Both the position numbers and the translations under genes were made by a program. Under the pieces are notes generated by a model that searched no databases, was not told the origin of the DNA, and worked only from the letters and a program-made list of their open reading frames with translations. From Podarcis gaigeae (lineage: Eukaryota), in the NCBI GenBank assembly GCA_964106915.2, contig OZ066925.1: a stretch of DNA of 64,000 bases; one strand, 5' to 3'. Below are positions 1 through 11,090 of the stretch, piece after piece. Every line of letters begins with the position of its first letter. Within the stretch, counting starts at the first letter, position 1.

Positions 1-1253
1 TATCAGGATCAGCGCTTTGGAAATGCGGCTGAATTTTCTTCCCCCAGGAACAGTGCTTAGAGGCGCACGCTTAAGAATCAGTCCCTAGCGAAACGGCGCA
101 GCATCTTTCAACGTTATCCCTGCACTAGGACAAAACAATTAAAGATGCTCAGCATCTCAAAGGAAAAATGGGAAGCCGCCGAGTTTGTGGGTGATAGTTC
201 CTGCTAGCCAATATGCTAATGAAAATTAGATTCTGCCTCGAACGTGATCTGCCCGGAGAAAAAGGCTAATAAATTCCCATTCCGGATGCATTTATGCAGA
301 GATTAGGTGAACTTTGACCTCTGGAGGGTTGTTGCAATTAGACACAACGTGCAGCACCTTCAAATGTTGGGTTTTTGCGTAGTCCCGCGGTCCCTTCTCG
401 CTTGCTTTCATTAAAATACGGGCCGGGAGGAGCGTGCAAACACGTTAAAGAACTCGCATTTGTTCACACGAGCAAGGGCGCGGCCGCGCGCACACCCAAT
501 TTGAATTGTGCGCGCCTTTCGAAGCCTCTCCGGGGGAATTGTTAAGAGGCTGGCTGCATTATTATAACGCAAGTTCTGTGCTTTCTCGATTTGGAAGCCC
601 GCTGCCTTATCTCAGGTAGGGCTTGCTTCAAGGAACATCTGAATCGCCTCAACTGGCCGCCTCTTTCGAGTGCTTCTTTCCTGGAATAATGCCGCCAAAA
701 CTGTCCTCAACCCAGTTAAGTCGAAGCAATGGGATCTATGGCTTGGCTGGAGACGGGCGTGGGGGTGGGGGAGGGGTTCCTTTAAATTCTCTGGTTTGTG
801 TAGATACTGCGAAAAAGTTTGATCCAAAAGCGCATTTACCGGGAAGTGCATTGTTGCTGAAGTCATCAGGGCTTGCTGCCCAGAAAGGAGATGAAAGGCC
901 CGCGCTTTGTTCTGTATAATTTAAAAGTTGTTGTTGCAAACAATCTCCCTCTTTCACTCGCTTAAAAAAATGCGCACTGATTTTAACAATGGCTAAAGAT
1001 CATCAAGGCTAGAACAAAGAAGGTCTAGAAGGAGACGAGGAGGAAACAAGATTTTAACCCCACAACTGGGGGGGGGGGAAATGTTTTTAGTTTTAAGTCA
1101 AAGGATCAAGTTTAGCATTAGAATAATAGACAAGAGGCTCCGCTGGGAGATGAGTGTGTGTGTGTGTGTAAATAATTGTTGCCTTTAGCAGAGAGCTGAA
1201 ATAAACCACTGGGACACATTCTAAAGTGACCCACCGCTGAATTCATTTCTGCT

Positions 1254-1270
1254 TGAACTTTCGGTGAACC
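1254..1270 (-). promoter_or_regulatory. Hoxa1 3' retinoic acid response element (DR5)
   Basis: Reverse strand reads GGTTCA ccgaa AGTTCA, matching the classical mouse Hoxa1 3' RARE as recalled, about 4.4 kb 3' of the stop. The neighbouring block (~1335-1390) looks like the flanking conserved element. Confidence 0.9.
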
Positions 1271-1585
1271 TGAGATTAAACAGGGGTGAGCAGCTAAGCA
1301 GTTTGTTGCGAGCTGCCTTTTCAACAACCCTTTTCAGACTGAGTAAATATTGATCGCTTTCAATCTGATTGCCCCAGAGGAAAACACCGAGCATCTCAAT
1401 GTAGCCTCCAAAAGTAAACTTTAAAGGTGAACATCGAAAATAGATCTCAGGCTTGAAAAGAGACGCTCAATTCCTTGAGACGTTTGGCTGAGTTGCGGGT
1501 AATAAATATATACACAGTCATAAGAGGACCAGGATGCAAATAAGCAGACCAAGGATAGTTGCTGTTGGCATATCTATCTCTATTT

Positions 1586-1586
<1 letters not shown>

Positions 1587-1616
<30 letters not shown>

Positions 1617-1628
1617 AAGAAGAAGAAG

Positions 1629-1658
<30 letters not shown>
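1587..1658. repeat. (AAG)24 microsatellite
   Basis: Perfect trinucleotide run. Confidence 0.95.
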
Positions 1659-1659
<1 letters not shown>

Positions 1660-2596
1660 GACCTCCCTCCTCATTCTTTTGCACAATTTGGGGGAAAGGA
1701 TGAAAAGATTTATCGCAAATTCTTTTGTAAATAAAGAGAACATTAGGCACTAATCGATTCACAGGTGTGATTAATCGATTTGTAGCAGCGATTGACTAAT
1801 TCAGCCGCAGAGACAGCAGCGTGGGTTTCGGAGAGCCGTGAAACCGTGAAGCTGGGAGCAAGTTACCCCGAAGCATGCGTGCACAAATCTTCATTCACAA
1901 GAATGTGCTTGGCTTTTATTTCATCCAAAGGAAGTCCCATAGCCTTTATATCTCCCCTCAAATTAGGCCATGCTTTGGGATCTCCTTCCAAACACCGTTC
2001 ATCGATGAGAGAGTCCGCCGACCACCACCCCACGCTAAATCCGCTTAGGATCGAGATGTCAGCCATGTTATTTGGCTGACAAGTTTATTGATCAAATGTC
2101 ATATATAGGTATATATCTATAGATATATGAGGAGAGCGGCCTCAGCTCCCAGTGAAGGGCGGTGTTTCTGCCCCAGCATAAATGAAGCGGCTCGGGAGGA
2201 ATGCTTTTTCTTGCTGGTCTTTGTCCAAACCAGAGAAGCTACAATTTCACACCCTCTTAGTGGGGAGCAACTCCATACTCAGCTGGGGGTGGGGCATATT
2301 TCAGGGTAAACGTGCCCGGGGGGGTCGAACTGCTGCGGCAGGCGTCAGTCAAGAAGCCTGCGTCACGAAAAGTGAGTTATTTATTCCTGAATTACCTCCA
2401 CATGAAACGTTTTAGCAGGAAGGAGGAACTTTCTTCCTGGGGGATTTGGCCCTATGTCGATGTCCCCGAATCGGGGCCCACTAGCGGTCCCCGGCCTGAT
2501 CTAAAGCGGGTCGCAAAGGCAGCCCTACTAGACGATAAAATAATACGAATAAGGAATGGGTCTCGAAAGGCATGCTCGGGTGAATAAGGCGAAGAT

Positions 2597-2746
2597 GCAG
2601 ATCCACACTATAAAGCGCGTTCAAAGCGCATTTCCCCGCTCCCCACAAGAATCCTAGGAGCTGTGTTGGGAACTGTAGCTCTGTGAAGGATCAACTACGG
2701 TTCCCTAGATCCCTGGGGACGGGCGCTTAATGTGTATTGAAATGCA
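2597..2746. mobile_element. Palindromic MITE-like repeat, family A
   Basis: AAAGCGCAT..CCCCACAAGAATCCTAGG..TGGGAACTGTAGCTCTGTGAAGG..AACTACGGTTCCC aligns by eye with 41187-41316. Confidence 0.65.
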
Positions 2747-4356
2747 GAAGGTTATCTTAGGACAGCCTCGTCCCTTCACCGCCTGGCACATGCGTCCTCC
2801 TTTGAAAACACCCGCCAAACCCTCAACAATATTATTGCCAGCCTTTTGTTATTGTTCTCCCGGTTCCACCGAACGAGTCAGGAAGGGAGGAAAAGCGCAA
2901 GGGATGCGGAAGGGTCAGGCGGCCGCCGCGTGCTTGAGGAGGACAGCTCTCTCCGAGAGGTGATCCCGATCAGGCCCTCTCGGCATGCAGAGATAGATGC
3001 CCTTTGGGTCACGAAAGCCTCTGGCAGAAGGCCATCTGCTGAGTTTGGAGCCTCACCCTAGTCAACAAAATGATTTTATTTTTTTATGTATATAAAAGTA
3101 TAAAGCGGGCGGGCGGGGGGGGGGCAGCAGAGGAAGGGAGGATAAAATGAAACCTGGGTCTCCTGCTTTGAAGTTACAACAAGGCAGTCAAGGGAGCCCT
3201 TTGGAGACCAGCCCTGCGCAATAGCAGGGGAGAGAGGCGGGAGGGGGGGTCTCTCCTCCTCGCCCTCTTGATATGGCCGATACGCCTGGAAATCCAGGCT
3301 GCTCTGCCTTTGACACTTCAGCCGAGAAGCCGCAGACGACTCGCGCGCTCCGGCTCTCTCAGAACCAGCAGCCTCCACTGTTGTTTTCACAGCCCGGGCT
3401 CAAAGCTTGTAAAAGTCTCCTGCAGATCTTGCAGCCAGGAGGGTGTTTTGTTTTGTTTCTTTTAAATCCCCAAAGAAAGAAACACAGCTTCTCAGACGGG
3501 CTGGAGTGGAATGGAATGGAAAGCCTCGATGTTCTGGCTAGAGAGCTTGGAAGAAAAAGCGGGGGCGCGTTAGAGGGTTCTGCAGATCTTTTAAAAAGCA
3601 AAAACAAACTTGTTTGCAAGTCTTTTCAGGAAGTAACTTCAATTCACCTGCCAGAACTTGTTTTCCAAATAGAGGGGGGCGGGACTGGTGTGGGGTTTGC
3701 AAGGACACGTTGGGTTGAACTTACTTGGGTTAGGAAATTGTCTGCAGACCACGCAGGAATCGGAGTTGGATCAACAAGGAATTCTCCCTCCCTCTTTCTC
3801 CCTCTGTGAACTTTTATCGTGCTTTGTGCCTTCAAGATGTCACTGACGATTTAGAAGGCAGGGAGTGACGCTGGGGGTTCCTTGGACAGCTTTATACCCA
3901 GGGATAATGAAATGTGACTCTCTTAACTGGTGGCTTGTGATGTGAGGAAAGACCGGCCGAAGACAGCTTCTGCTTTTGAAGAGGACTCTGTTTACACACA
4001 GGTCAATATTCAGTTCGGGGTGAAAAGGTTAGCCCTTGACCCAGGAAGTTCCCGCAAGTATGGTTCAAAAATAGCTCCGCTTCCTTCGCCTTTCTCTTAA
4101 TTGCAGAAGATAAACATGGATCTTTCTCTTTCTATTGATTAATAGACCTACTTTGTATAATCTCGGGGTACTGTACATAATGTGCAGTCAAAGGGCGCGA
4201 ATAATTCGATGTAGGGATATCTGAGGAGGATATCTGAGCAGCCGATCAAAAGCCACTCCAGGGGAACTGGAAAGGGTGCAGAAAGCTTAACCTCAACCCC
4301 AGACTCCGCTTTCCAAAAGATACCGAAGCAAAGTAAAAACCTGAGATATGAATATA

Positions 4357-4362
4357 TTTATT
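4357..4362 (-). terminator. HOXA1 polyadenylation signal
   Basis: AATAAA in context TGTAATAAATATATTC, about 1.3 kb after the stop. Confidence 0.6.
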
Positions 4363-4377
4363 ACAGAGATTTGTAGG

Positions 4378-4946
4378 ACCCGTAAAATTCTGCTCTGGAT
4401 TCCTTTCTTTTCTTTTCTTTTTTCTTTTTAAACACAGAATCTCAGAACCTTGGATGATTGTACAGAAAAAAATCAGAAAGTACTCCATCACAAATGACAA
4501 CTGATAGAACTCAGTATTATTTTCACTGAGTACATCCAAGCGGTTGTGCATCATGCAAGTTCCATCCACGAATCACATAAAATATACATTCGTTTGGCCA
4601 TTCATCACATTCAGGAATTGGGCTGAAAAGACCTCAAGTCTAAGGAACGTTTCCTGGGGGTGGGGGGACCTCCCCTCTCCCTTTTTAATGATAATATTGG
4701 GGGTTGGGAATGATCCAGCACAGAGTTCGGGAAGGAGGGGATTTAAAGCGGGGGTAGACACTAATAAGCAAGGTTTATTTTTTTAAAACCTAGTGCAATT
4801 TCCACTTTCTTTTCTAGCTCGTTCAAAGAAATAGTAGCAACCTATGATTTTTGAGGTATCTGATTGAGTTCAACAACTTTTCGTTCGTGACATCCTCACT
4901 TTTCGCTATAAAATCGAATCCAGTGTTGAGAATGTAACCACCCTGT
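4378..4946 (-). promoter_or_regulatory. miR-99/100 (4378-4384) and miR-10 (4940-4946) 7mer-m8 sites in HOXA1 3'UTR
   Basis: mRNA UACGGGU and ACAGGGU. HOXA1 is a known target of both families. Confidence 0.6.
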
Positions 4947-5693
4947 TTAAGCTCATCATCTTATCTAAACATTTCTAGAAAATCCGTAAAAAGATAAATC
5001 TCTGGGACAAAGTATTTACAACCAACAAAACTCATACATACGAGAAGACAAGAGACATTAAATTAAAGTGGTGAAAGTTCTCGAAGTCGTGTAAACGCTT
5101 TCAATAGTGCATCTATTCGTGAATTTGGGTCTGACAGGTCTTTGGTTGGAGGAGAAAACGGTAGCAATGTCTTTGGCAACTCGATTCTGGTCTAACAAAT
5201 TCTCTTGATTGTTCCCACAATACAGTCTTTAGAGATGAAAACAGATCAACTCTGAGGAGCTGAGGCAGACTTAGTGAGTGATACTGAATAAGCTACTCAG
5301 AGTGAGGTCCTAAACTCCTGGGTCACAACCCAGACAACGTGAGCCAGCTCCCATTGAAATCAAGTGAGTTTAAAATAGTCACAAAGTCCCATCCCGCTTT
5401 TTTTCATGGGATTTAGGGCAATCCTGTGGCCTGCCTATTCAGGCATGTTGGTTTCCAGAGAGCTTGCTTGCAGGCCTTATAGGATCTCAGCCTCAAAGTT
5501 GCTAAATTCGTGAGACAGTTCCATTCAAATCAATGAGACTTGTCTCCAGATCAAAGGGCTCAGGGTGAGAGTTTGGGTTGCTCTCTCCGCCAATTGCGTG
5601 AGAGTCCGAAAATAAACAAGGGGATAAGTTCGAAACACAATAAATTTACTCTTAGATTGTGCCTTAGAGGGAGAATGAGGAGCAGCGTGTCTT

Positions 5694-6049
5694 TCAATTC
5701 GAGGTAGTCAGAGTGTCTGAGGTAGAGGAGGCTGGCGAAGGGGTACAGGGGGATGGGCTGGACTTTTCCGAGGACTCCTCCGCTTTCTCTTCGCTTCCTG
5801 TTGGGGTGGCCGGAGAAATGGGGAGCAAGCCCTCTTTCTCTCGCTTCTTCTGCTTCATCCTGCGGTTCTGGAACCAGATCTTGACCTGAGTCTCGTTCAG
5901 CTGCAGCGAGGCGGCGATCTCCACCCTGCGGGCCCGGGTTAAGTATTTGTTGAAGTGGAATTCCTTCTCCAGCTCCGTCAGCTGTTTGGTGGTGAAGTTG
6001 GTCCGGACCGTGTTGGGCTGGCCAACATAACCGTACTCGCCAGCTTTCC
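5694..6049 (-). CDS. HOXA1: Homeobox protein Hox-A1, coding exon 2 (homeodomain)
   Basis: Acceptor (CT)n..CTAG|GG restores frame: [74 protein letters not shown]...LTTSN, then TGA at 5694-5696. Confidence 0.97.
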
Positions 6050-6630
6050 CTAGAGGGAGAAAGGAGAGAGAGAGAGAGAGAGAGAGAGAGAACAGCAACA
6101 ACAACCCAAATCAGAAGCGTTAACTCGAAGCAATGATTTATAGGTGACATGAATCAATAGGCAGGCGCGCGCAGGTACAAACCATAGAGAACGAGCTCTT
6201 AAAGTGAAAGGAACTTTGTGGGCCAATCGGAAACCTGCTTATTCCTAAGTAAAGACCTAGCGAATGCACATGGGCTAACTTCTTAGTGTCCGCCTGTCCA
6301 GTGAAACAGCAACTGAACTCACCTAGATCAGGGGAGATCTGACCACCGGCTGCTTTGTGATCCACAGCGGGGACACAAACACATCAAACTGAGCGTTATA
6401 ATAGGAACCCTAAATCACAACACGACCTCCCCCTCCATTTCTGGAGAACCGGTACGCTTCAGGATCGCAGCCATACCTGTTCCCATCATACCTGGGACCA
6501 TCATGTTGATCTGCATCTAGCTTAAATGCAGATCTTCCGCGTCCACTTTACAAAAATAATAATAGGAAGAAGAAAACTTCGGGCCCGAACTTCCCGAAGT
6601 CCAGAGTGATCGCTCAGGCAGGTGACTCAC

Positions 6631-7285
6631 CTGTTTTGGGAGGGTTCCTCTTCACTTTCATCCAGTCGAAAGTCTGGGCGGGAGGAGAAGTCTCCGACGA
6701 AGGGGAACCGCAGCCTTCCTGGTGGTTCGAATGAAGTGGAGACAGGGGGTGGCTATAACTGGTTAGGGTTAGGCTCTGTTGCTCGTCCCCATAAGAGGGG
6801 TGGATGTACTGAGCAGAGCCCACGGGGCCCCCAGCATAAACCTGGGGCTGCTGAACCACGGACGACGAGACGTTTCCAGAGTAGAGCGCAGGAGCGCACT
6901 GGGGGAAGCCCCCATTAATCTCTGCCTCTTGAGCGAGTGGGTAGTGGCTGTAGCCCCCCGCGCCGAAGTTCTGCACGCCGTAGGTGGGCCCACAGCTCGG
7001 GTGGGCGTAGGACACCCCCAGGTTGGGGTGGTGCTGGTAGGTAGCAGTCTGGTGGTGGGGATGGGGGCTGATCTGGACCCCCCTGCCCACGAGGAAGCGG
7101 TCGTCCCCGTTGCAGTTGTTGGCACTGACAGCGCAGGACTGGAACGTGGTTGTGGTAATCCCATGGTCGGGGTGGTGGTGGTGGTGGCGGTGGTGGTGGT
7201 GGTAAGCCCGGGGTGAGCAAGTGGCGGACTCGCCGTTGAGGATGGGCGGATAATCGAGGAAGGAATTCATCCTCGCAGTGTCCAT
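6631..7285 (-). CDS. HOXA1: Homeobox protein Hox-A1, coding exon 1 (of 2; spliced product 336 aa)
   Basis: ORF starts [13 protein letters not shown], has a His tract and the PG1 hexapeptide region [14 protein letters not shown]. Donor ACAG|GTGAGT, last exon base 6631 (655 nt, phase 1). Confidence 0.97.
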
Positions 7286-7430
7286 CTATCACCGGTTGAC
7301 CGGCTCTTCGGAGTCCTGGGTGACCGTGCCAACTTTCTCACTTCCTCCATGGGGGCCAGAAGAAAAATGATATGAATGTACAGTGAGACGGCGGCCACGT
7401 GAGGGCGGCAGCCAATGGCTGCTCCTCCTG

Positions 7431-7748
7431 CCAAAGTTGCCCTGCTCCTTCCTGGTGATGGATCACCCTGGCTGTGGCATTTAAATTCCGAGCGCTCCTC
7501 CATCAAGGTGACGCGCAGCCACCACCACCTCCCTCTCTCCCTCCCTGTCTCTTTCTTTCTTTCTCTCTCTCTCCACACCCCCCATCTCCTCCCCCGTTCC
7601 CAGTCAGCGCGTTGGGGTTTGAGAGCCGGGCCAGAGAGGCAGTGCGCGCCCAGGCGCTCAGCCTGAAGCAGCAGCAGCAAGCACAGAGCCGCCGCCGGAG
7701 GGGGCTGCTCTTGCATGGATTTACGAAGGGACAGCCTGGGCTTGGCAG
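7431..7748 (+). ncRNA. HOTAIRM1: HOTAIRM1-like lncRNA exon 1 / HOXA1 bidirectional promoter
   Basis: 7455-7519 has GTGATGGATCACC..GTGGCATTTAAAT..GCGCTCC..AGGTGACGCGCAG, matching the recalled human HOTAIRM1 5' end. Strong candidate donor CAG|GTAAGC at 7748/7749. CACGTG and CCAAT at 7397-7415. The 3' boundary is inferred. Confidence 0.5.
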
Positions 7749-9024
7749 GTAAGCAAAGGGACCCGCGCAGGGCGTCCCCAGTTGGGTAGCTGCTCCTGCT
7801 GCTGCTGCTTTCTCCAGGGCTGTCGTCGAGAGAACACAGCTAGGCTGAACTCTCTCGGCTACAGTTAGATCGCTTGGATCATTATGGTCTGCCTTGGGCA
7901 GTCTCCAGCAGTCTGGGGTTGCTGTGTGTGAGAGAGAGGTGGGGAGAGAAAGAGAGAGAGAGAGCGCGCTATCAGGGGGGCTGGGGGAGGTTTGGGGGCA
8001 TGGGGAGAGGTAGGAGGCCGGCGGCTGAGCTCTGCCAGTTGCGGATGCGTCCTCAGACAGACCCCGGCGTGCGCGCGCGAACCGGCAAGAGTTAAAATGC
8101 GCTTGGTCCAGCCTCTCTCTCGCGGTTATTTGCATGGAAATGAGGCTCTCTGCAAGGCAACGCCATTGTTGCTGCTGCTGCTGCGGGCAGCGTGGTTGGC
8201 TTTAACGCACGGGAATGGCGCCGTTGGCTCCTGGAAACAGGGAATCAGTGGGGGGCAGTTGGAGCCGCCAGCCTGGGCCGAAACGGAGGCGGTAGTGCGC
8301 CTGCCTGGCAACTGGGTACTGGGTTGCTGTTTTGTCGGACGATCCGACGCTGCTGGGCGCGGTTAGAGGAAGGAAGCGCTTACAAAGGTTGCCAGGGAAG
8401 CTTTCTCAGGTTCTCTCCGGCAGCTGAGCCGCTAGGGCGCCTGTGCAAACTGTCAGGCCTCTCCTCTCTCTCACCTCCCATTCACTTTTGCTCCCCCACC
8501 CCGCTTCTCATGTATAACCTTTGCCTCCCTCCCCCCACCCGCAAGGAGTGTCCACGGGTTGAAACCATGAGGTCTAGAAAGATGCGAGTCTTTAAAATAG
8601 CAGCCCTTTGGATGGCTAGGGGACGGTTAGGGGGAGGAGACTGTCTGGAGGAAGGGGCGAGGGGGTCGACAGCGCTCCTCCAGGCGCTTGATCACTAGGC
8701 TGCCGCCCTCCTTCCGAGGAGGGAGAGAGGGAGCCGAGGGAAACAAATGGCCGGGAGTTGGGAGAGGCCTCTCTGGATTCCCCGGCGAGGACCGCAAGTG
8801 CTTTCTTCTCGCAGATGTAAATCCCTGATTCCGCTCAAGTCCGTGGGGCCAGGAGAGACGCCTGGCTTTCGGTGGGGCTAGACCTGCCCAAAGGAAAGGC
8901 AGGGTCAGCTTAAACCTGGAGGAAAACCCCTGGGTTGGAGGTGGGGAGGTGGTGGGTCCCACGGGGGCTTCATCTGCACAAAAAGGAGAGGTGAGCAGGG
9001 AGGACTCAACAGCACAGAATTCAG

Positions 9025-9097
9025 CATAAAATCGTAGAATGGTAGAGTTGGAAGGGACCCCAAGGGTCATCTAGTCCAACCCCCTGCAATGTAGGAA
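9025..9097 (-). mobile_element. 3' end fragment of CR1-type LINE (or CR1-tailed SINE)
   Basis: The + strand reads cataaaatcgtagaatggtagagttggaagggacccc..ggtcatctagtccaaccccctgc, the reverse complement of a CR1 3' terminus with a degenerate (ATTCTRYG)n tail. Confidence 0.75.
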
Positions 9098-9570
9098 GGA
9101 AAACAGGCCTGACTAGAAAGAAGGCAAACTTTGCCTGACGGAGTCCGGAAATAACTATGCGGGCTTCTTATGCTTTCATCCTGCAAATGTCGAAATCAAC
9201 CCAATATTTAGTATTAGTGTGTTAATTAGGCTGTTGCTTCTATGTTATCTACACACACACACACCCCATGTATAATTCCGTACCACCCTAGTCCCTCTGA
9301 AACTATAATACTATTTTCATTCCTAAAATGCTGCTGATCTGGATTAGGCTGTTCTCCAGCTTCCCCTTTCTTCCTGCTCCCTCTCTCAAAAGCGAGGCCC
9401 ACTCAAAATATTGATAAGCATGCATTGTTTACTAAGACAAACGTGCCCCGAATCTGGCTGTGAGACTTTGAAAGTCTCATGCGTACTTCCTGGCTTTCCT
9501 TTGGTAGAGCTAAACTCGCTCTGAGTGGGACTTTAAAAACACTTCTTTTTGGCCCTGTAGTCACACCTCG

Positions 9571-9574
<4 letters not shown>

Positions 9575-9624
<50 letters not shown>

Positions 9625-9633
9625 TGTGTGTGT
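9575..9633. repeat. (TC)n(TG)n compound microsatellite
   Basis: Directly visible. Confidence 0.9.
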
Positions 9634-10879
9634 TTAAGAGTAATATTTATATATTCTAAAATTTACTGGAAGGAAGGACAGATACAGAGTTCCCTTTACC
9701 AGTAGCCCCATTGATTTCCATTCTACTCATTGCACGCACAGTCACGTATTGCCCAGGCACGACGGTCTGGGAGTAGATCGCATCGATATGAGTGGCCAAC
9801 GCGTGGCCCGAGGAGTGGATTCACGAGGAGGCGTTTTGTAAAACAAAAGAACGTGCATGTAGGTGTTTAATATTTCCCTAACAGCTTCAGATGTAAAAAC
9901 TATGTTGGTGCATGCCGGCTTTGAAAACAGGGTATAAATCCAGATCTAAAGGAAGCCTTGTTCCCTATGAAAAGTTGGTCATTTCATTTGGGCCCCTATC
10001 CTCGCCCTCTCTTTCTCCTTCCTGGCCGCCTTTCTCTGAGCAGAAACCTCCCTCCCGTGCCTGCTGCTCCGTTGCACCCTTCCACACTTTCTCCCCCATT
10101 TCTCCGCCATTGTTCAGAAGAACTCTTTCCCCTTTTGTTATATTGTCTCTGTAGCCCAACGCTTTTGCATTCTGAAGCCAACACAATTCCTCTGTTTTAC
10201 CAGAATGCAGAAGGAGACACAGGGAGGGCGGGGTGGCGGCGGCGGCCGGGGAGATCGGGGGAGGGGGACGCCTTTCCCAGTGTGGCGAAGCAACCACATT
10301 TCCCATTCCATGTCTGCCTTCTGGAAAACGCAAGCAGGCCCACAGAAAAGCCCCCTAAGCTCCACGAAGGCCTTTTCCAGAGCAGGCCCTGCCCCCCCGG
10401 TTCCTCCCCCCCCCCCCGTCACCCTGCATCCGCCTTTGTTGAATCGGTTCCTCTGGTGGTTCTGAACGTCACCAAACCCATCTCTGGCCCTCGTTACTGC
10501 GGCCAGGGCGCATTCTTGTTTTTGCGTTCGAAAAAGAATCTTTCGAATTTCTCTCTTGTTCGTTTTGAAAGAGGATATCTGCAGGGCTCGGCCTAGTTCT
10601 GATATGCGGGGGTGGGGAAGAGAATCTGCTGTGGGGGGAGTCGATTTGTATGGAAGGCTTCTTTTGTTCTTTGAACCGGAGGTTCCCCCCCACACACACA
10701 CACCACCACAACAACAACAAACCTGAGCGCTGCCTTCTCTGTATAAAAGGAAAACGTTCCGAAATGCACGCTAAGTGGAATTTTCTGTGTCACAAACCAG
10801 GCAAACCCTTAGCAAAAAGCGGTGGGGGGGGAGAAAAAAAGAGCGGGGGAGCGCCCGGGATTCCCTGCCGCACCTGAAG

Positions 10880-11090
10880 CTTAGCCAAGCTGTTGTTTTA
10901 ACAGAGCAATAAAAATGAATTATGACTAACCGCCTCCTAGCTTAATGGTTTCAGACGGGGAACCCCAGCCCGAGCAAATACGTAAGAGGATTTTTATTTG
11001 TGCATGTGTTCCTGCAATTGATCTCTTTGATGACATTCTCATTCAAAGAAAGCGTTTGATTTATGACTTTAGGAAGAATTGCATCCAGTC
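10880..11090 (+). promoter_or_regulatory. Conserved non-coding element between HOXA1 and HOXA2 ending in a HOTAIRM1 exon-2-like acceptor
   Basis: ..GTGCATGTGTTCCTGCAATTGATCTCTTTGATGACATTCTCATTC..AAAGCGTTTGATTTATGA..TAG|GAAGAATTGCATCCAG resembles the recalled human sequence at the start of HOTAIRM1 exon 2. It contains TGATTTAT (Pbx-Hox). Confidence 0.6.

Noticed and set aside
1534-1762. Poly-Arg / poly-Phe ORFs
   Set aside because: They are translations of the (AAG)24 microsatellite.
6726-6919. AT...AA ends of the exitron-equivalent interval as a minor-spliceosome (AT-AC) intron
   Set aside because: The 5' end is ATTAAT, not the U12 consensus ATATCCTT, and no U12 branch point is visible.
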